From: an uncultured Clostridium sp.
GTDB lineage: Bacteria; Bacillota; Clostridia; Christensenellales; CAG-138
Direction of reading: 5' to 3'
Assembly: GCA_964550295.1 (NCBI GenBank)
Contig: CAZJYV010000001.1
Coordinates: 1 to 34,611 of the forward strand
Length of the DNA: 34,611 nt
The letters are not shown here. Numbering within the stretch: the stretch's first letter is position 1. Below: more notes on the stretch, generated by a model. That model ran no database searches. It worked only from the letters and a program-made list of their open reading frames with translations, and had not been told where the DNA came from.

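Overview
This is a GC-rich chromosomal window that looks like a Firmicutes/Clostridia-type monoderm. That assignment is an inference from AGGAGG-type ribosome-binding sites, the gene content and an LPXTG-class sorting signal. No database search was possible, so all family names come from motif recognition and memory.

Left 6.1 kb (ordinary genes):
- The first codons of an unidentified leftward gene.
- A GNAT acetyltransferase (+).
- A perfect bidirectional terminator.
- A tightly packed leftward operon: zinc-ribbon membrane protein, then DUF5685-like protein, then J-domain protein, then phosphohexomutase.
- An AT-rich divergent promoter region.
- A membrane-anchored TPR protein (+).

Remaining 28.5 kb (6137 to the window end, 82% of the window):
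- It is one uninterrupted + strand reading frame (codon starts at positions = 2 mod 3) encoding at least 9,491 aa.
- It is absent from the supplied ORF track, most likely because it has no stop codon inside the window.
- Every track ORF inside it is an antisense or off-phase shadow.

Architecture of the giant protein, in order:
- Sec signal peptide.
- Four RTX-like GGxGxD nonapeptides.
- About 15 kb of degenerate 52-65-residue beta-strand repeats. Their signature (GxGAAVAVN ... xAY[IV]) resembles leukotoxin LktA-family filamentous adhesins.
- These repeats are interrupted by eight InlB-B-repeat-like beta-sandwich modules, three low-complexity linkers, a helical Gln-rich insert and an acidic Tyr-rich insert.
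- A unique Trp/Ile/Lys amphipathic helix.
- About 1,860 aa of non-repetitive sequence.
- Two beta-helix-like blocks separated by an Ala-rich coiled coil.
- A terminal Ig-like module.
- An IPQTG sorting signal with a hydrophobic span and an RGRRK tail.

No CRISPR array, tRNA, rRNA, transposase or phage genes were seen.
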